Shown: positions 8,098-18,462 of the stretch, piece after piece
Layout: each line of letters starts with the position of its first letter
How positions within the stretch are numbered: the stretch's first letter is position 1
From: a virus
Direction: 5' to 3' (one strand)
Length of the DNA stretch: 64,000 nt
IMG/VR virus record: IMGVR_UViG_3300023179_000021
Location: 81,641 to 145,640 of that record
Position numbers and translations under genes: made by a program
The notes under the pieces: model-generated
Database searches by the model: none
What the model saw: only the letters and a program-made list of their open reading frames with translations
Told to the model about the DNA's origin: nothing

Positions 8098-10629
8098 ATG
8101 AACTACTATACAAACATTTCAGTACAAGGCAACAATGTCCTGTATAGAGGTGTCTTAAACGGTCGGCGAATTCAAAAGAAAATTGAATACTCGCCGATTT
8201 TGTTTTTGCCTTCTAATAAAAATACAGGATGGAAAACCTTATTTGGTGAGAATCTTGAATTAAAGAAGTTTGATACGATTCGGGATGCTCGTGATTTTGT
8301 TAAACGCTATGAAGAGGTTCAAAACTTTAAGATATATGGCAATGACCGTTTTGAGTATGCCTTTATTGCTGATGAACACCGAGGACCTATAGATTGGGAC
8401 ATCACTCAACTTTCAATTGTTATCATTGATATTGAGGTTGGTTCAGAGAATGGTTTTCCTGATCCATATAAGGCCACAGAACCAATCACAGCCATTGCCG
8501 TGCGCCAACTAAATGGAGATATCACAGTATATGGTTGTGGTGAATATAAGAAACAAGGTGATGAAAATTATATACAATGTAAAGATGAGTGGACACTTTG
8601 TAAAACTTTTTTAAAAGATTGGCAAGCAAATTACCCCGATGTGGTTTCTGGTTGGAATATTGATTACTTTGATATTCCATACTTGGTAAACCGCTTCAAT
8701 CGTATTCTTGGTGAAGATGAGACAAAGAAACTTTCACCATGGAATAACGTATGGGAAAGAAGTTTCGTACATAAAGGCCAACAAAAAAGAGTGTACAATA
8801 TGACTGGTATTGCTGCACTTGATTACATTGAATTGTACCGATGGTATGCTCCTGCTGGTAAGTCACAAGAATCATACTCGTTGAATCATATTACCAGTGT
8901 TGAACTAAATGAATCAAAAATTTCTTATGATGAGTATGACAACCTCCATCAATTGTATAGACTTAATTATCAAAAATTTATTGAATACAATATTAAAGAT
9001 GTAGAACTTGTCATCAAACTTGAAGACAAACTAAAGCTAATTGAACTAGCACTAACTCTAGCCTACGACACAAAGACCAACTATGAAGACGTATTTGCTC
9101 AAACTCGTATGTGGGATTCGCTCATCTATTCGTATCTCTTGGAGAAAAATGTTGTTGTCCCGCCAAAAGAAATTCAAAAGAAAGATTCAGCATTTGAGGG
9201 TGCCTATGTAAAAGACCCTCAGATTGGTATGCACGATTGGGTGGCCTCATTTGATCTTGATAGTCTGTACCCACACCTGATGATGATGTACAACATATCA
9301 CCTGAAACGCTGGTGGAAACAAGCGACTATACCGATGAAATGAGACAATTGGTTATGGATGGGATATCAGTGGAAAATCTCCTTGGCCAAAAAGTAAAAA
9401 CTAACGCTATAAAAAATGTAACTGTTACTCCAAATGGCCAATTCTTTCGTACTGACTTCCAAGGTTTTCTGCCAAAGATGCTTGAAGAAATGTATGAAGA
9501 TCGGAAGAAGTTTAAGAAGTTAATGTTGAAGTGTAAACAAGAATATGTTGACGAAAAAAACCCAAAGAAAAAAGAAGAAATTGGTAAACTGGTTGCACGA
9601 TACAATAATCTACAACTCGCAAAGAAGGTGGCATTAAATTCTGCCTATGGTGCCCTAGGCTCACAGTATTTCCGATTCTATGATCTTAGAATGGCACTTG
9701 GTGTAACATTGGCTGGTCAACTGTCTATTCGTTGGATTGAAAATAAAATCAATATATACATGAATAAACTATTAAAGACTGCTGATGTAGATTATGTTAT
9801 TGCTTCGGACACAGATTCGATTTATTTGCGCCTTGGTGACCTCGTTGATAAGGTGTATGCAGGCGAGAAAGAAGTTACTAAAGTTATCGCCTTCATGGAT
9901 CGTGTCTGCGAAGATAAGATACAACCTTATATTAATGAGAGTTATCAGGAACTTGCTTCGTATGTTCATGCCTATGACCAAAAAATGAGAATGAAGCGTG
10001 AAGGTTTGTCCAATAAAGGGCTCTGGACGGCCAAAAAACGCTATATTCTCAATGTGTTCAATAACGAAGGCGTCCAATATGATGAGCCTGATATGAAAAT
10101 TATGGGTCTTGAGGTGGTTAAATCATCAACTCCGGCCATCATTCGGGAGAAAATGAAAGAAACCATTTCACTGATAATCAATGCCGATGAGGCCACGGTT
10201 CAAGAGTTTATTGCAAATTTGAAACAAGAATTCAAGAAACTACCTGTAGAAGACATTTCTTTTCCTCGTGGCGTCAATGGCATCCGTGAGTATTCGGATT
10301 CAGCCAGTCTATATAAAAAGGGAACACCAATTCATGTAAAGGGTGCCATTCTCTACAACCATTTTCTCATCGAAAAGAAATTAACAAAGAAGTATCCACT
10401 GATACAAGAAGGTGAAAAACTTAAATTTACTTATCTGAAAACACCAAACCCATTTAAAGATACAGTTGTTTCATTTCCTGCAAGGCTGCCAAAAGAATTT
10501 GGCTTACAAGAATATATTGATTATGAAACACAATTTGAAAAAACATTTATTGAGCCTATGGAAATTATTTTAGATTGTATTGGTTGGCAAGTAGAACGAC
10601 AGAACAGCCTCGAAGCATTTTTTGTTTAA
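8098..10629 (+). CDS. gp43: family B DNA polymerase
   Basis: DIEV exo I, SFDLDSLYP, KVALNSAYG and ASDTDS motifs. Confidence 0.98.
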   Translation: MNYYTNISVQGNNVLYRGVLNGRRIQKKIEYSPILFLPSNKNTGWKTLFGENLELKKFDTIRDARDFVKRYEEVQNFKIYGNDRFEYAFIADEHRGPIDWDITQLSIVIIDIEVGSENGFPDPYKATEPITAIAVRQLNGDITVYGCGEYKKQGDENYIQCKDEWTLCKTFLKDWQANYPDVVSGWNIDYFDIPYLVNRFNRILGEDETKKLSPWNNVWERSFVHKGQQKRVYNMTGIAALDYIELYRWYAPAGKSQESYSLNHITSVELNESKISYDEYDNLHQLYRLNYQKFIEYNIKDVELVIKLEDKLKLIELALTLAYDTKTNYEDVFAQTRMWDSLIYSYLLEKNVVVPPKEIQKKDSAFEGAYVKDPQIGMHDWVASFDLDSLYPHLMMMYNISPETLVETSDYTDEMRQLVMDGISVENLLGQKVKTNAIKNVTVTPNGQFFRTDFQGFLPKMLEEMYEDRKKFKKLMLKCKQEYVDEKNPKKKEEIGKLVARYNNLQLAKKVALNSAYGALGSQYFRFYDLRMALGVTLAGQLSIRWIENKINIYMNKLLKTADVDYVIASDTDSIYLRLGDLVDKVYAGEKEVTKVIAFMDRVCEDKIQPYINESYQELASYVHAYDQKMRMKREGLSNKGLWTAKKRYILNVFNNEGVQYDEPDMKIMGLEVVKSSTPAIIREKMKETISLIINADEATVQEFIANLKQEFKKLPVEDISFPRGVNGIREYSDSASLYKKGTPIHVKGAILYNHFLIEKKLTKKYPLIQEGEKLKFTYLKTPNPFKDTVVSFPARLPKEFGLQEYIDYETQFEKTFIEPMEIILDCIGWQVERQNSLEAFFV

Positions 10630-10640
10630 CGGAGAAACGA

Positions 10641-11696
10641 ATGGGCATACTTGAAAAACTGAAAAAGAATTCAACCATTAAAGAAACGGCCATTCTTTCT
10701 AAGTCAAAGTTTTTTAATGAGAAAGATGTAATTAGTACATTTGTGCCAATGATTAATGTTGCCTTTTCTGGTCGCCTCGATGGCGGTTTTACACCTGGCT
10801 TGACAATGTGGGCAGGTCCATCAAAACACTTTAAAACAGCATTTAGTTTATTGATGGCTAAAGCCTACATGGACAAATACCCTGAGGCTGCCCTTTTGTT
10901 TTATGATTCAGAATTCGGCACACCAATTAAATATTTTGAAACATTTAATATTGATATGGACCGTGTCATTCACACACCATTGACTGACATTGAACAATTA
11001 AAATTTGATATTATGCAACAACTTCAGGAAATTTCTCGTGGGGATAAGCTAGTGATTGTTCTAGATTCTATAGGGAACTTAGCATCCAAAAAAGAAGTTG
11101 AAGATGCGCTTGAAGGTAAATCGGTCGCTGACATGAGCCGTGCAAAACAGGTGAAAAGTTTGTTTCGTATGGTGACACCACACCTTACAATGAAAGATAT
11201 TCCAATGGTCGTTGTCAATCATACTTACAAAGAAATCGGCATGTTTCCAAAAGATATTGTAGGTGGCGGCACTGGTTCGTATTATTCAGCCGACAATATT
11301 TATATTCTTGGCCGTCAACAAGAAAAAGATGGCACTGAAATTGTTGGTTACAACTTTATTATCAATGTGGAGAAATCAAGATATGTCAAAGAAAAATCTA
11401 AAATACCTGTTAATGTATCTTTTGATGGTGGGATTAACAAGTGGTCTGGTTTACTTGACATTGCACTTGAATCCGGGCATGTGGTCAAACCATCAAATGG
11501 TTGGTATGCAAAAGTAAATCAAGAAACTGCCGAAATTGGTGGAAAAGTTCGTTATAATGATACACAAACTGCCGATTTTTGGTCTGATATTTTGACCAGT
11601 TATTCTTTCCAAGAGTTTGTAAGGAAGAAATATGAAATCACTTATGGCAATATTATGGGACAAACTGGGGTGGTGGAAGAAGCCGAGGATGCTTGA
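10641..11696 (+). CDS. uvsX: RecA-like recombinase UvsX
   Basis: AGPSKHFKT, FYDSEFG, DSIGNLAS; SD GGAG at 10631. Confidence 0.95.
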   Translation: MGILEKLKKNSTIKETAILSKSKFFNEKDVISTFVPMINVAFSGRLDGGFTPGLTMWAGPSKHFKTAFSLLMAKAYMDKYPEAALLFYDSEFGTPIKYFETFNIDMDRVIHTPLTDIEQLKFDIMQQLQEISRGDKLVIVLDSIGNLASKKEVEDALEGKSVADMSRAKQVKSLFRMVTPHLTMKDIPMVVVNHTYKEIGMFPKDIVGGGTGSYYSADNIYILGRQQEKDGTEIVGYNFIINVEKSRYVKEKSKIPVNVSFDGGINKWSGLLDIALESGHVVKPSNGWYAKVNQETAEIGGKVRYNDTQTADFWSDILTSYSFQEFVRKKYEITYGNIMGQTGVVEEAEDA

Positions 11697-12000
11697 AGAA
11701 AACAAAGACTTTCACTATATAAACTTCAATAACACTGACGTAACAGGTATTGAATTGTTAATGTCGGAGTTTCGCGGTGTTATTTATCATTATGATAAAG
11801 CCAGTGTTACTGAAGAAGGTGAAATTGCTCGTTTGAAATTCGGTTATACTGTGGTTCATCCAGGTGAACATGACATAGATGACTTGAATTCTAACGAAAA
11901 ATTTCATACAATAATGGGTGACCTGTTGACCCAAATTTTAATGGCTAAAATAGAAGATGAGACTAGAGACCAGTATTCTAAAAAATTTAATATTCAATGA
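11689..12000 (+). CDS. gp40-like head assembly chaperone
   Basis: Between uvsX and gp41, as in T4; size fits. Confidence 0.55.
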   Translation: MLEENKDFHYINFNNTDVTGIELLMSEFRGVIYHYDKASVTEEGEIARLKFGYTVVHPGEHDIDDLNSNEKFHTIMGDLLTQILMAKIEDETRDQYSKKFNIQ

Positions 12001-13351
12001 GGAATTTACTCGTAAAGTATTGCCATTTATTCAATCAGAATATTTCGCCGACAACAAAGATAAAACACTTTTTAACTTTGTTTCACAATTTGTCAATAAA
12101 TATAAAACATTGCCAACTTATGAATCTCTTGTTATTGAATTAAATAACTCAAAAAAACTTACCGATCAAGAATTAAAAAATACTTTAAATTTACTTGATG
12201 AAATAAATCAAAACAAAAGCGAGCCTACAGAGTTACAGTGGTTAATTGAACAAACCGAAAAGTTTTGCCAAGACAAGGCGATTTATAATGCCATTATGGA
12301 ATCGGTAACAATACTTGATTCTAAAAACACAAACAAGGACAAGGGTGAAATCCCTAAGTTATTATCAAATGCGCTTGGTGTTTCTTTTGATTCTCATATT
12401 GGCCACGATTATATTAATGACTACGATTCCCGTTTCGAATTTTACCACCGACAAGAAACTAGAATATCATTTGATTTAGACCTTTTTAATACAATCACCA
12501 AAGGTGGTCTACCAAATAAAACACTCAATATTTGTCTTGCTGGGACCGGCGTTGGCAAATCAATGTTTATGTGTCATGTGGCTGCATCTTGTTTATCTCA
12601 GGGCTTGAATGTTCTTTATATTACACTTGAGATGGCCGAAGAAAGAATCGCCGAGCGTATTGATGCCAATCTTTTAAATGTATCAATGAACGATCTACAT
12701 TCTATGACAAAATTGGAGTATGATCGTAAGTTTCAATCATTGCGAAATAAAACACAAGGCAAACTTATCATCAAAGAATATCCAACGGCGGCAGCCAATG
12801 CACTACACTTTCGTTCGTTGCTAAATGAATTGCACCTTAAAAAGAATTTCGTGCCGCAAATTATCTTTATTGATTATCTGAATATCTGTTCTTCGGCTCG
12901 CATTAAACCTGGTGCCAATGTTAATTCTTATTCTTATATCAAGGCGATTGCAGAAGAACTCCGTGGTCTTGCTGTTGAATTTAATTTACCTATTGTTTCA
13001 GCGACACAAACAACAAGGTCGGGCTATACAAACACTGACATTGGTCTTGAAGATACTTCCGAATCTTTTGGTCTGCCTGCAACCGCTGATTTTATGTTTG
13101 CTCTAATTTCAACAGAAGAATTAGAACAATTAAATCAAATCATGGTCAAACAATTAAAGAATCGATATGCTGATCCAAATTTTAATAAAAGGTTTGTAAT
13201 CGGCGTTGATCGTTCGAAGATGAAGTTGTATGATGTTGAACAATTGGCACAAACTGGTATTGTAGATTCTGGCCAAGATGATCCGCCGCTAAATACTTTT
13301 GGAAACCGTGAAAGTAAATTCAATCGTAAGTTTGAAGGCTTTAAAGTATGA
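11957..13351 (+). CDS. gp41: replicative DNA helicase
   Basis: LAGTGVGKS, ITLEMAEE, IKEYPT, FIDYLNI, QLKNRY. Confidence 0.97.
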   Translation: MRLETSILKNLIFNEEFTRKVLPFIQSEYFADNKDKTLFNFVSQFVNKYKTLPTYESLVIELNNSKKLTDQELKNTLNLLDEINQNKSEPTELQWLIEQTEKFCQDKAIYNAIMESVTILDSKNTNKDKGEIPKLLSNALGVSFDSHIGHDYINDYDSRFEFYHRQETRISFDLDLFNTITKGGLPNKTLNICLAGTGVGKSMFMCHVAASCLSQGLNVLYITLEMAEERIAERIDANLLNVSMNDLHSMTKLEYDRKFQSLRNKTQGKLIIKEYPTAAANALHFRSLLNELHLKKNFVPQIIFIDYLNICSSARIKPGANVNSYSYIKAIAEELRGLAVEFNLPIVSATQTTRSGYTNTDIGLEDTSESFGLPATADFMFALISTEELEQLNQIMVKQLKNRYADPNFNKRFVIGVDRSKMKLYDVEQLAQTGIVDSGQDDPPLNTFGNRESKFNRKFEGFKV

Positions 13352-14463
13352 AACTGAATAAAGAACAGGCGCTTCATTGCGCTGAAGCCTTTTCTAATTA
13401 TTTTGACCGATTTGGCCGTATTGATGATTACATTCGTGACCAGAAACTAAATTCATTATCTTCAAGGCCGACTACTCTACCTGGGATGGGACCCGAAGAA
13501 GATTTATTTTCTGATTTTACCATGCACCCAAACGACATGAATTTGGAGTTGGTCGAATTGCCTCAGGACAGTTGGGACATTTATTTAAATATGATTTCTT
13601 CTCATTCAAATATGACCAGTATTCCAGGCCGGTGTTTTCGTTTGGCTGTTCTCGAAAAGAACACAAATAAATGGGTTGGTTTTATTCGCCTTGGTTCACC
13701 AGTTATCAACATGAAACCACGAAATGAACTTCTTGGTGGAGTATTTACACAAACAAAAGAATCAGCCAGAGCCTTCAATCAAACAACTATCATGGGTTTC
13801 GTAATTGTGCCATCGCAGCCATTTGGTTATAATTATCTTGGTGGTAAATTATTGGCGGCCATTTGTTGCTCTCATTGGGTTCGTGAGCAGTTGAACAAGA
13901 AGTATGATATGAATACTTGTATGTTTGAAACAACCAGTCTCTATGGTACATCGAAATCTTCATCGCAATATGACGGTATGAAGCCCTTTTTGAGGTTTAG
14001 TGGTCTTACCGACTCCGATTTTCTGCCAATGATGCACGGTAAACCTTATGAAGAACTCAAAGACTATGTTGAAAATGCTGTTGGTGTTATTGTGCCACCT
14101 GAAGCCTCTAGTCGTAAACTTAAAATTTCAAATAAAATTATCAGTATGACCAAAGTGGCTCTAAAAGGTGAACCAGAATACGGCAAATTTATAACAACGA
14201 TTCAAAACGCATTGTCTTTGACTGAAAAGAAACGATATTATTATTCAAACTACGGCTTCTCCAACTTTACAGATGTGGTGATGGGCCGCGCAGATAAGTT
14301 GGTGCCAGACAAGGAGAATTATGATAAGTTTCGCCTCGACAACATTATTAACTGGTGGAAGAAAAAGGCTACAAATCGTTTTGAAAATCTAAAGGCTGAG
14401 AATAGACTCCGAACAGAAATAGAAGTTTGGACTGGTGAAAAAGAGCTTGACATTATTCGGTAA
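13348..14463 (+). CDS. DUF4338/DruA-like (GNAT-fold) protein
   Basis: PFGYNYLGGKLLA and ETTSLYG...SQY motifs. Confidence 0.6.
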   Translation: MKLNKEQALHCAEAFSNYFDRFGRIDDYIRDQKLNSLSSRPTTLPGMGPEEDLFSDFTMHPNDMNLELVELPQDSWDIYLNMISSHSNMTSIPGRCFRLAVLEKNTNKWVGFIRLGSPVINMKPRNELLGGVFTQTKESARAFNQTTIMGFVIVPSQPFGYNYLGGKLLAAICCSHWVREQLNKKYDMNTCMFETTSLYGTSKSSSQYDGMKPFLRFSGLTDSDFLPMMHGKPYEELKDYVENAVGVIVPPEASSRKLKISNKIISMTKVALKGEPEYGKFITTIQNALSLTEKKRYYYSNYGFSNFTDVVMGRADKLVPDKENYDKFRLDNIINWWKKKATNRFENLKAENRLRTEIEVWTGEKELDIIR

Positions 14464-14472
14464 TTAAGGTAA

Positions 14473-14480
14473 TATAAATA
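14473..14480 (+). promoter_or_regulatory. T4-type late promoter
   Basis: Perfect TATAAATA 10 nt upstream of the ATG at 14491. Confidence 0.7.
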
Positions 14481-14490
14481 CTCCAAAACA

Positions 14491-15834
14491 ATGGAGTATC
14501 AGATGACCCCAGCAGACTTAAAGAAAGAAGCAGGTAAAGGACCGTATAAAGGAGTTCCAAGAACACAAATTTTCAAACTTAAAATAGAGGATGGAAAACC
14601 TTTTACTTTAAATAACGGTCAAAAAGTTCAAGGTACAAAATGGGATGAATCTAATTACACACTATATGTTGGTTCTCGTAAAATATCTCTAAAAGAAATA
14701 AAGAAAGATCCAGATTTTGGTGGAGGTGGTTCTGGTGCTGGTGCTGATGTTACTGCGATTGTAGAATGTGGCCAAGCTCTAGTTTGTTCATTAGTTTATA
14801 ATGTAATGAGGCGTGAAATAAAATGGGAAAATTTAACAATGGAAGGATTACAAGAGGCTTTAAAATATTGTTATCTTTCTGACAGCCTTGATGCTATCAT
14901 TGAAAGATCACCCGCCGAATGGGTACAGTCTTATGTTAAATCGGCGAATATTTTATATAGAAATTATAAGATGATGGGTTCACCTGTGTATTTTCATCGT
15001 GGTTCTAAGTTTATGGATGAGATTTATGCTAGTAAGAAAATTGTTTATGATGCTGATAAGAAGTCTGATAATCCGCAAGCACCAGGCTCATTCTCTGACG
15101 ATAAATGGAACCCAGGCGATATATGGATGACAACATTGAAACAAGTTCCATCAATTAGTAGTGATTCTTGGTCAAATTTAAATAAAGACATTTATGATTT
15201 AGCTCGTGCTAAAAAACTAATAGGTGTTTCATTGAAGAAGGTTGGAGCTACGGCACATATTGAAGAGTATAATGCTCTAAGTACGAAACAAACTAAAGAT
15301 TATAATTATGGTGGTTTCCGTGTTTCGTCGGCATCGGAACGAGGTCCTTTACCTCCATTTTTTAATTCAATTGATTTGTACATGAAAGTTGGTGAAAAAG
15401 AAATTCAGTTTAGAGCCACATCAGGTTCTGCTGGCTGGCAAGGCGAGATAAAGGGTGCCACTGCTGCAGGTGGTAAAATTGGTGGAGGTAATGTGAACTT
15501 CTTTTTGAAAAAGTATACTGGTCGTGGTGTTTTCAATAAAGAAGAAAAAGAAGTCATAGATTTCACAAAGTCTAAAGATTTTTTTCCAGAATTTTACGAG
15601 CTCTATAAAAAACATTTTGATGGTAAAATTTTACCTTATGAAGATTTTGTGATTAATGCTAACAAGAAACAAAAGGAATCGGCTGGTTATCTCTTCTCTA
15701 AATATATCAACATGAAATTTATTGATATATTTTTAAGTGCAAACGCTCAAACTAGAAACAAAATTGCAACTGAATTTTTAAGATATGCAGCTTCAAACAT
15801 AGATCAAAGTTCCTTTTTTGTAAAGATATCCTAA
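14491..15834 (+). CDS. PD-(D/E)xK-like nuclease-fold protein
   Basis: E..Q, DKWNPGDIW and GVSLKK motifs. Confidence 0.55.
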   Translation: MEYQMTPADLKKEAGKGPYKGVPRTQIFKLKIEDGKPFTLNNGQKVQGTKWDESNYTLYVGSRKISLKEIKKDPDFGGGGSGAGADVTAIVECGQALVCSLVYNVMRREIKWENLTMEGLQEALKYCYLSDSLDAIIERSPAEWVQSYVKSANILYRNYKMMGSPVYFHRGSKFMDEIYASKKIVYDADKKSDNPQAPGSFSDDKWNPGDIWMTTLKQVPSISSDSWSNLNKDIYDLARAKKLIGVSLKKVGATAHIEEYNALSTKQTKDYNYGGFRVSSASERGPLPPFFNSIDLYMKVGEKEIQFRATSGSAGWQGEIKGATAAGGKIGGGNVNFFLKKYTGRGVFNKEEKEVIDFTKSKDFFPEFYELYKKHFDGKILPYEDFVINANKKQKESAGYLFSKYINMKFIDIFLSANAQTRNKIATEFLRYAASNIDQSSFFVKIS

Positions 15835-16331
15835 TGTACTTCAAAGAATTTTTAAACGAAGCAAAAGAGGGTGCTAATTTACATTTAGAACATTTAGAAG
15901 ATAATGTGCTTAATCGTGGTACAAATGGTGCTCGTGAAGCTATTAATTTTCTTCGTTCGCTTCGTGACATGTTGGCCGGCCATGCACAATCAAAAACAAA
16001 TGTTACCACAAAATGGGACGGTTGTATTAGAGAAGATACTATTTTAAAAACAAACTATGGTGAAATGACAATAAAAGAATTACATGAAAAATTTCTATCT
16101 TTAGAAAATGTTAAAATTATGGCTAAAGATTTAAAATCAGAAATACCGATTGATAAAATGGTTTCTGTTTTAAATACTTATTGTAACGATGGAAATAAAT
16201 CGTGGGTTGAAATAGAAGTAGAAAATGGAAGTAGCATATTTGTAACAGAAGATCATAAAATACATACAACGAATAGAGGTTGGATTGAAGCTGTAAAATT
16301 GAATGTGGGTGATGATATAACCGAACTATAA
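15834..16331 (+). CDS. N-part of a fractured gene: DUF6267-like N-extein (63 aa, ending KWDG) plus split intein N-half (102 aa, from nt 16023)
   Basis: HLEHLED...TTKWDG|CIREDTILKT (block A Cys1); FVTEDHKIHTTNRGW (block B TxxH); then stop. Confidence 0.9.
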   Translation: MYFKEFLNEAKEGANLHLEHLEDNVLNRGTNGAREAINFLRSLRDMLAGHAQSKTNVTTKWDGCIREDTILKTNYGEMTIKELHEKFLSLENVKIMAKDLKSEIPIDKMVSVLNTYCNDGNKSWVEIEVENGSSIFVTEDHKIHTTNRGWIEAVKLNVGDDITEL

Positions 16332-16352
16332 AATTAGACGGTATTCATCTCA

Positions 16353-16390
16353 ATTTTTCTTTTTTTATAAATAAAATAAAGGAGAAAAAT
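16353..16390 (+). promoter_or_regulatory. late promoter TATAAATA (16366-16373) inside an SD-sequestering hairpin
   Basis: ATTTTTCTTTTTT pairs with AAAGGAGAAAAAT (13 bp, 2 G:U). Confidence 0.65.
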
Positions 16391-17047
16391 ATGAAAATTA
16401 ATGTAATTACGGAAGAAATTAGGAACCTAATTATAGAAACTTATAAACAAGAATATTCTGTTTCTAAAGTTATGGAAAAGTGTCCGAAAGGAATAGGGCG
16501 AAAAAGAGTTGAAAAAATATTAAAAGATGTTAATGTTTATGAGGGATTAAACGGTAAAAATTATTTAAAGAAAAAAGTTGAAAATCATGAAAAATTAATG
16601 ATGGAAAAATATGGCGTTATTAATTGGGGACAAACGAAAAACGGTGGTTACAGAAGTCAAAACAAAATACCATATAAAAAAATAAGTTTTTTAACCGATG
16701 ACTATAAAAAATATAGACTTTTAGTGGAAAAAGAAACTGAAAAAAATATAAAAAAGTTTTTTAAAACATATCCAAAATATTGTTATTATACAAAAATTTT
16801 ATTTGCCGATGAAGAGGGTCCTGTGAATCCAAATGATCCTAGAAAAAGAAGTGTGGATCATAAAGTGCCAGTTTTACATTGTTATTTAAATAATATTGAT
16901 GTGGAAAAAGCTTCTAGTATTGACAATATTATTTTTGTTTTGCGTTATGTAAATGCTGTAAAAGGACAAACTTTAGAGGAATCTTTTCTACCAATCGTGG
17001 AAAAAATAAGAAAGGTTTTTATAAATGAAGGTTTTAAAAGTAAATAG
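16391..17047 (+). mobile_element. free-standing homing endonuclease (HNH-like) between the split-intein halves
   Basis: AT-rich, basic ORF; MMEKYGVINWGQ; C-terminal SVDHKVP...SIDNI...NAVKG. Confidence 0.7.
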
Positions 17048-18179
17048 ATTAAGTGAAAAATATAAACAATATGATTTATCTACAGAAACAGAAAATTTCT
17101 TTGTGAAACTCGGAGAAGTTTGGGGGTTAATTCATAATTCACCCGCTGTGATTTGTGGTATTAATCCAGACAATGGTAAATTCTTCGTTGGCACCAAATC
17201 AGTATTCAATAAAGAGGGTAAACTAAATTATACCGACGCTGATATTGATAAGAACCATCCTGGTGAAGGCCTCAATGATAAGCTGAAGATAGCACTTGCA
17301 TATTTACCAAAACTAGGCATCAAAGGTATCATTCAAGGTGACATGATGTTTACAAAAGGTGATATAAAGAAACAAACAATCGACGGTCAATCCTATGCTA
17401 CCTTTCAACCAAATACGATTGTTTATGCCGTACCTTCTGATTCTGTTATGGCACAAAAGATGATGGCTGCACAACTTGGTATTGTTTTTCATACCACATA
17501 CAATGGCCGTTCAATGAAAACCCTTAAGGCCTCATTTAACATTGATATTGGACATCTCACGCCAACCAAAGATGTATGGTTTCGTGATGCTTCTTTTGTT
17601 GATGCTTCAGGTACAGCAACATTTACTGAACAAGAAACAAAGAAATTATCTGATGTTCTTTCCAATGCCGGCCGAGTGTTTCAGTCTATTAATTCATCGG
17701 TACTTAATCGCATATCAACTAACGAAACTTTTAACCTTTATATCAAAACATTCAATAATACCAAAGTTCGTTCTGGTGAACCAATTAAGAATACCCAACA
17801 ACACACTACACAACTGATAAAATGGATTGAAGATAAACTGAATAAAGAAATATTGGCGGCCAAGAAAGAAGACACTAAGAAAAAACGAATCGGTGAAAAA
17901 AATGAGGTCATGCGTTTCTTTCGAGGCAATGCTATACAACTAAAAAGTATATTTGACCTAATGAATCTAATTGTTGATGCAAAAGTTATGATTGTTCGTA
18001 AATTAGAAACAATTAAATCTTCAATTGATACATTTGTTGTAACACCAGATGGTTTTAAGGTAACTGGTCCCGAAGGGTTTGTTTGCGTGGATAGAATTTC
18101 TGGTGGTGCATTGAAGTTGATTGACCGTATGGAGTTCAGTAAAAACAATTTCAATGCTGCTAAGGCATGGAGTAAATAA
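17025..18179 (+). CDS. C-part of the fractured gene: split intein C-half (38 aa, to nt 17138) plus DUF6267-like C-extein (346 aa)
   Basis: YDLSTETENFF (block F)...LIHN|SPAVICG (block G His-Asn, Ser+1); extein has FFVGTKS, QGDMMF, PEGFV, LKLIDRMEFS. Confidence 0.9.
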   Translation: MKVLKVNRLSEKYKQYDLSTETENFFVKLGEVWGLIHNSPAVICGINPDNGKFFVGTKSVFNKEGKLNYTDADIDKNHPGEGLNDKLKIALAYLPKLGIKGIIQGDMMFTKGDIKKQTIDGQSYATFQPNTIVYAVPSDSVMAQKMMAAQLGIVFHTTYNGRSMKTLKASFNIDIGHLTPTKDVWFRDASFVDASGTATFTEQETKKLSDVLSNAGRVFQSINSSVLNRISTNETFNLYIKTFNNTKVRSGEPIKNTQQHTTQLIKWIEDKLNKEILAAKKEDTKKKRIGEKNEVMRFFRGNAIQLKSIFDLMNLIVDAKVMIVRKLETIKSSIDTFVVTPDGFKVTGPEGFVCVDRISGGALKLIDRMEFSKNNFNAAKAWSK

Positions 18180-18461
18180 ATGGCCACAAAGAAATATGAC
18201 CTAACACAAATTATGGCAGAATTTGATGATGATGATTTTGGATTTAGCACCCTTGATGAATCAGAATATGAGGCAGTGATTGCTGAGAAGGATGAAACAG
18301 TTGAAGAATACAAACAAAGATTAGAACAAGTTGAAAAGATTATATTGCCATTTCTAAACAAATTACTTAAAACTGCCGATCAAGCCGTCATTAAATGGCC
18401 CAATCGTAAACCTGTGATTGAAGCACAAATACAAAAAATTCTCAATCTAACCAGAGAATAA
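18180..18461 (+). CDS. conserved hypothetical phage protein
   Basis: DDFGFS and IKWPNR; tightly packed. Confidence 0.6.
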   Translation: MATKKYDLTQIMAEFDDDDFGFSTLDESEYEAVIAEKDETVEEYKQRLEQVEKIILPFLNKLLKTADQAVIKWPNRKPVIEAQIQKILNLTRE

Positions 18462-18462
18462 T

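Noticed and set aside
8098-13351. Introns or inteins in gp43, uvsX and gp41 (also checked nrdAB)
   Set aside because: All are uninterrupted, of normal length and show no Hint motifs
13348-14463. Druantia defence system
   Set aside because: Lone DruA-like gene; no DruE helicase or other partners
17738-18361. 207-aa minus-strand ORF, and the other minus-strand ORFs in the track
   Set aside because: Antisense shadows of well-supported + strand genes, with no recognisable motifs
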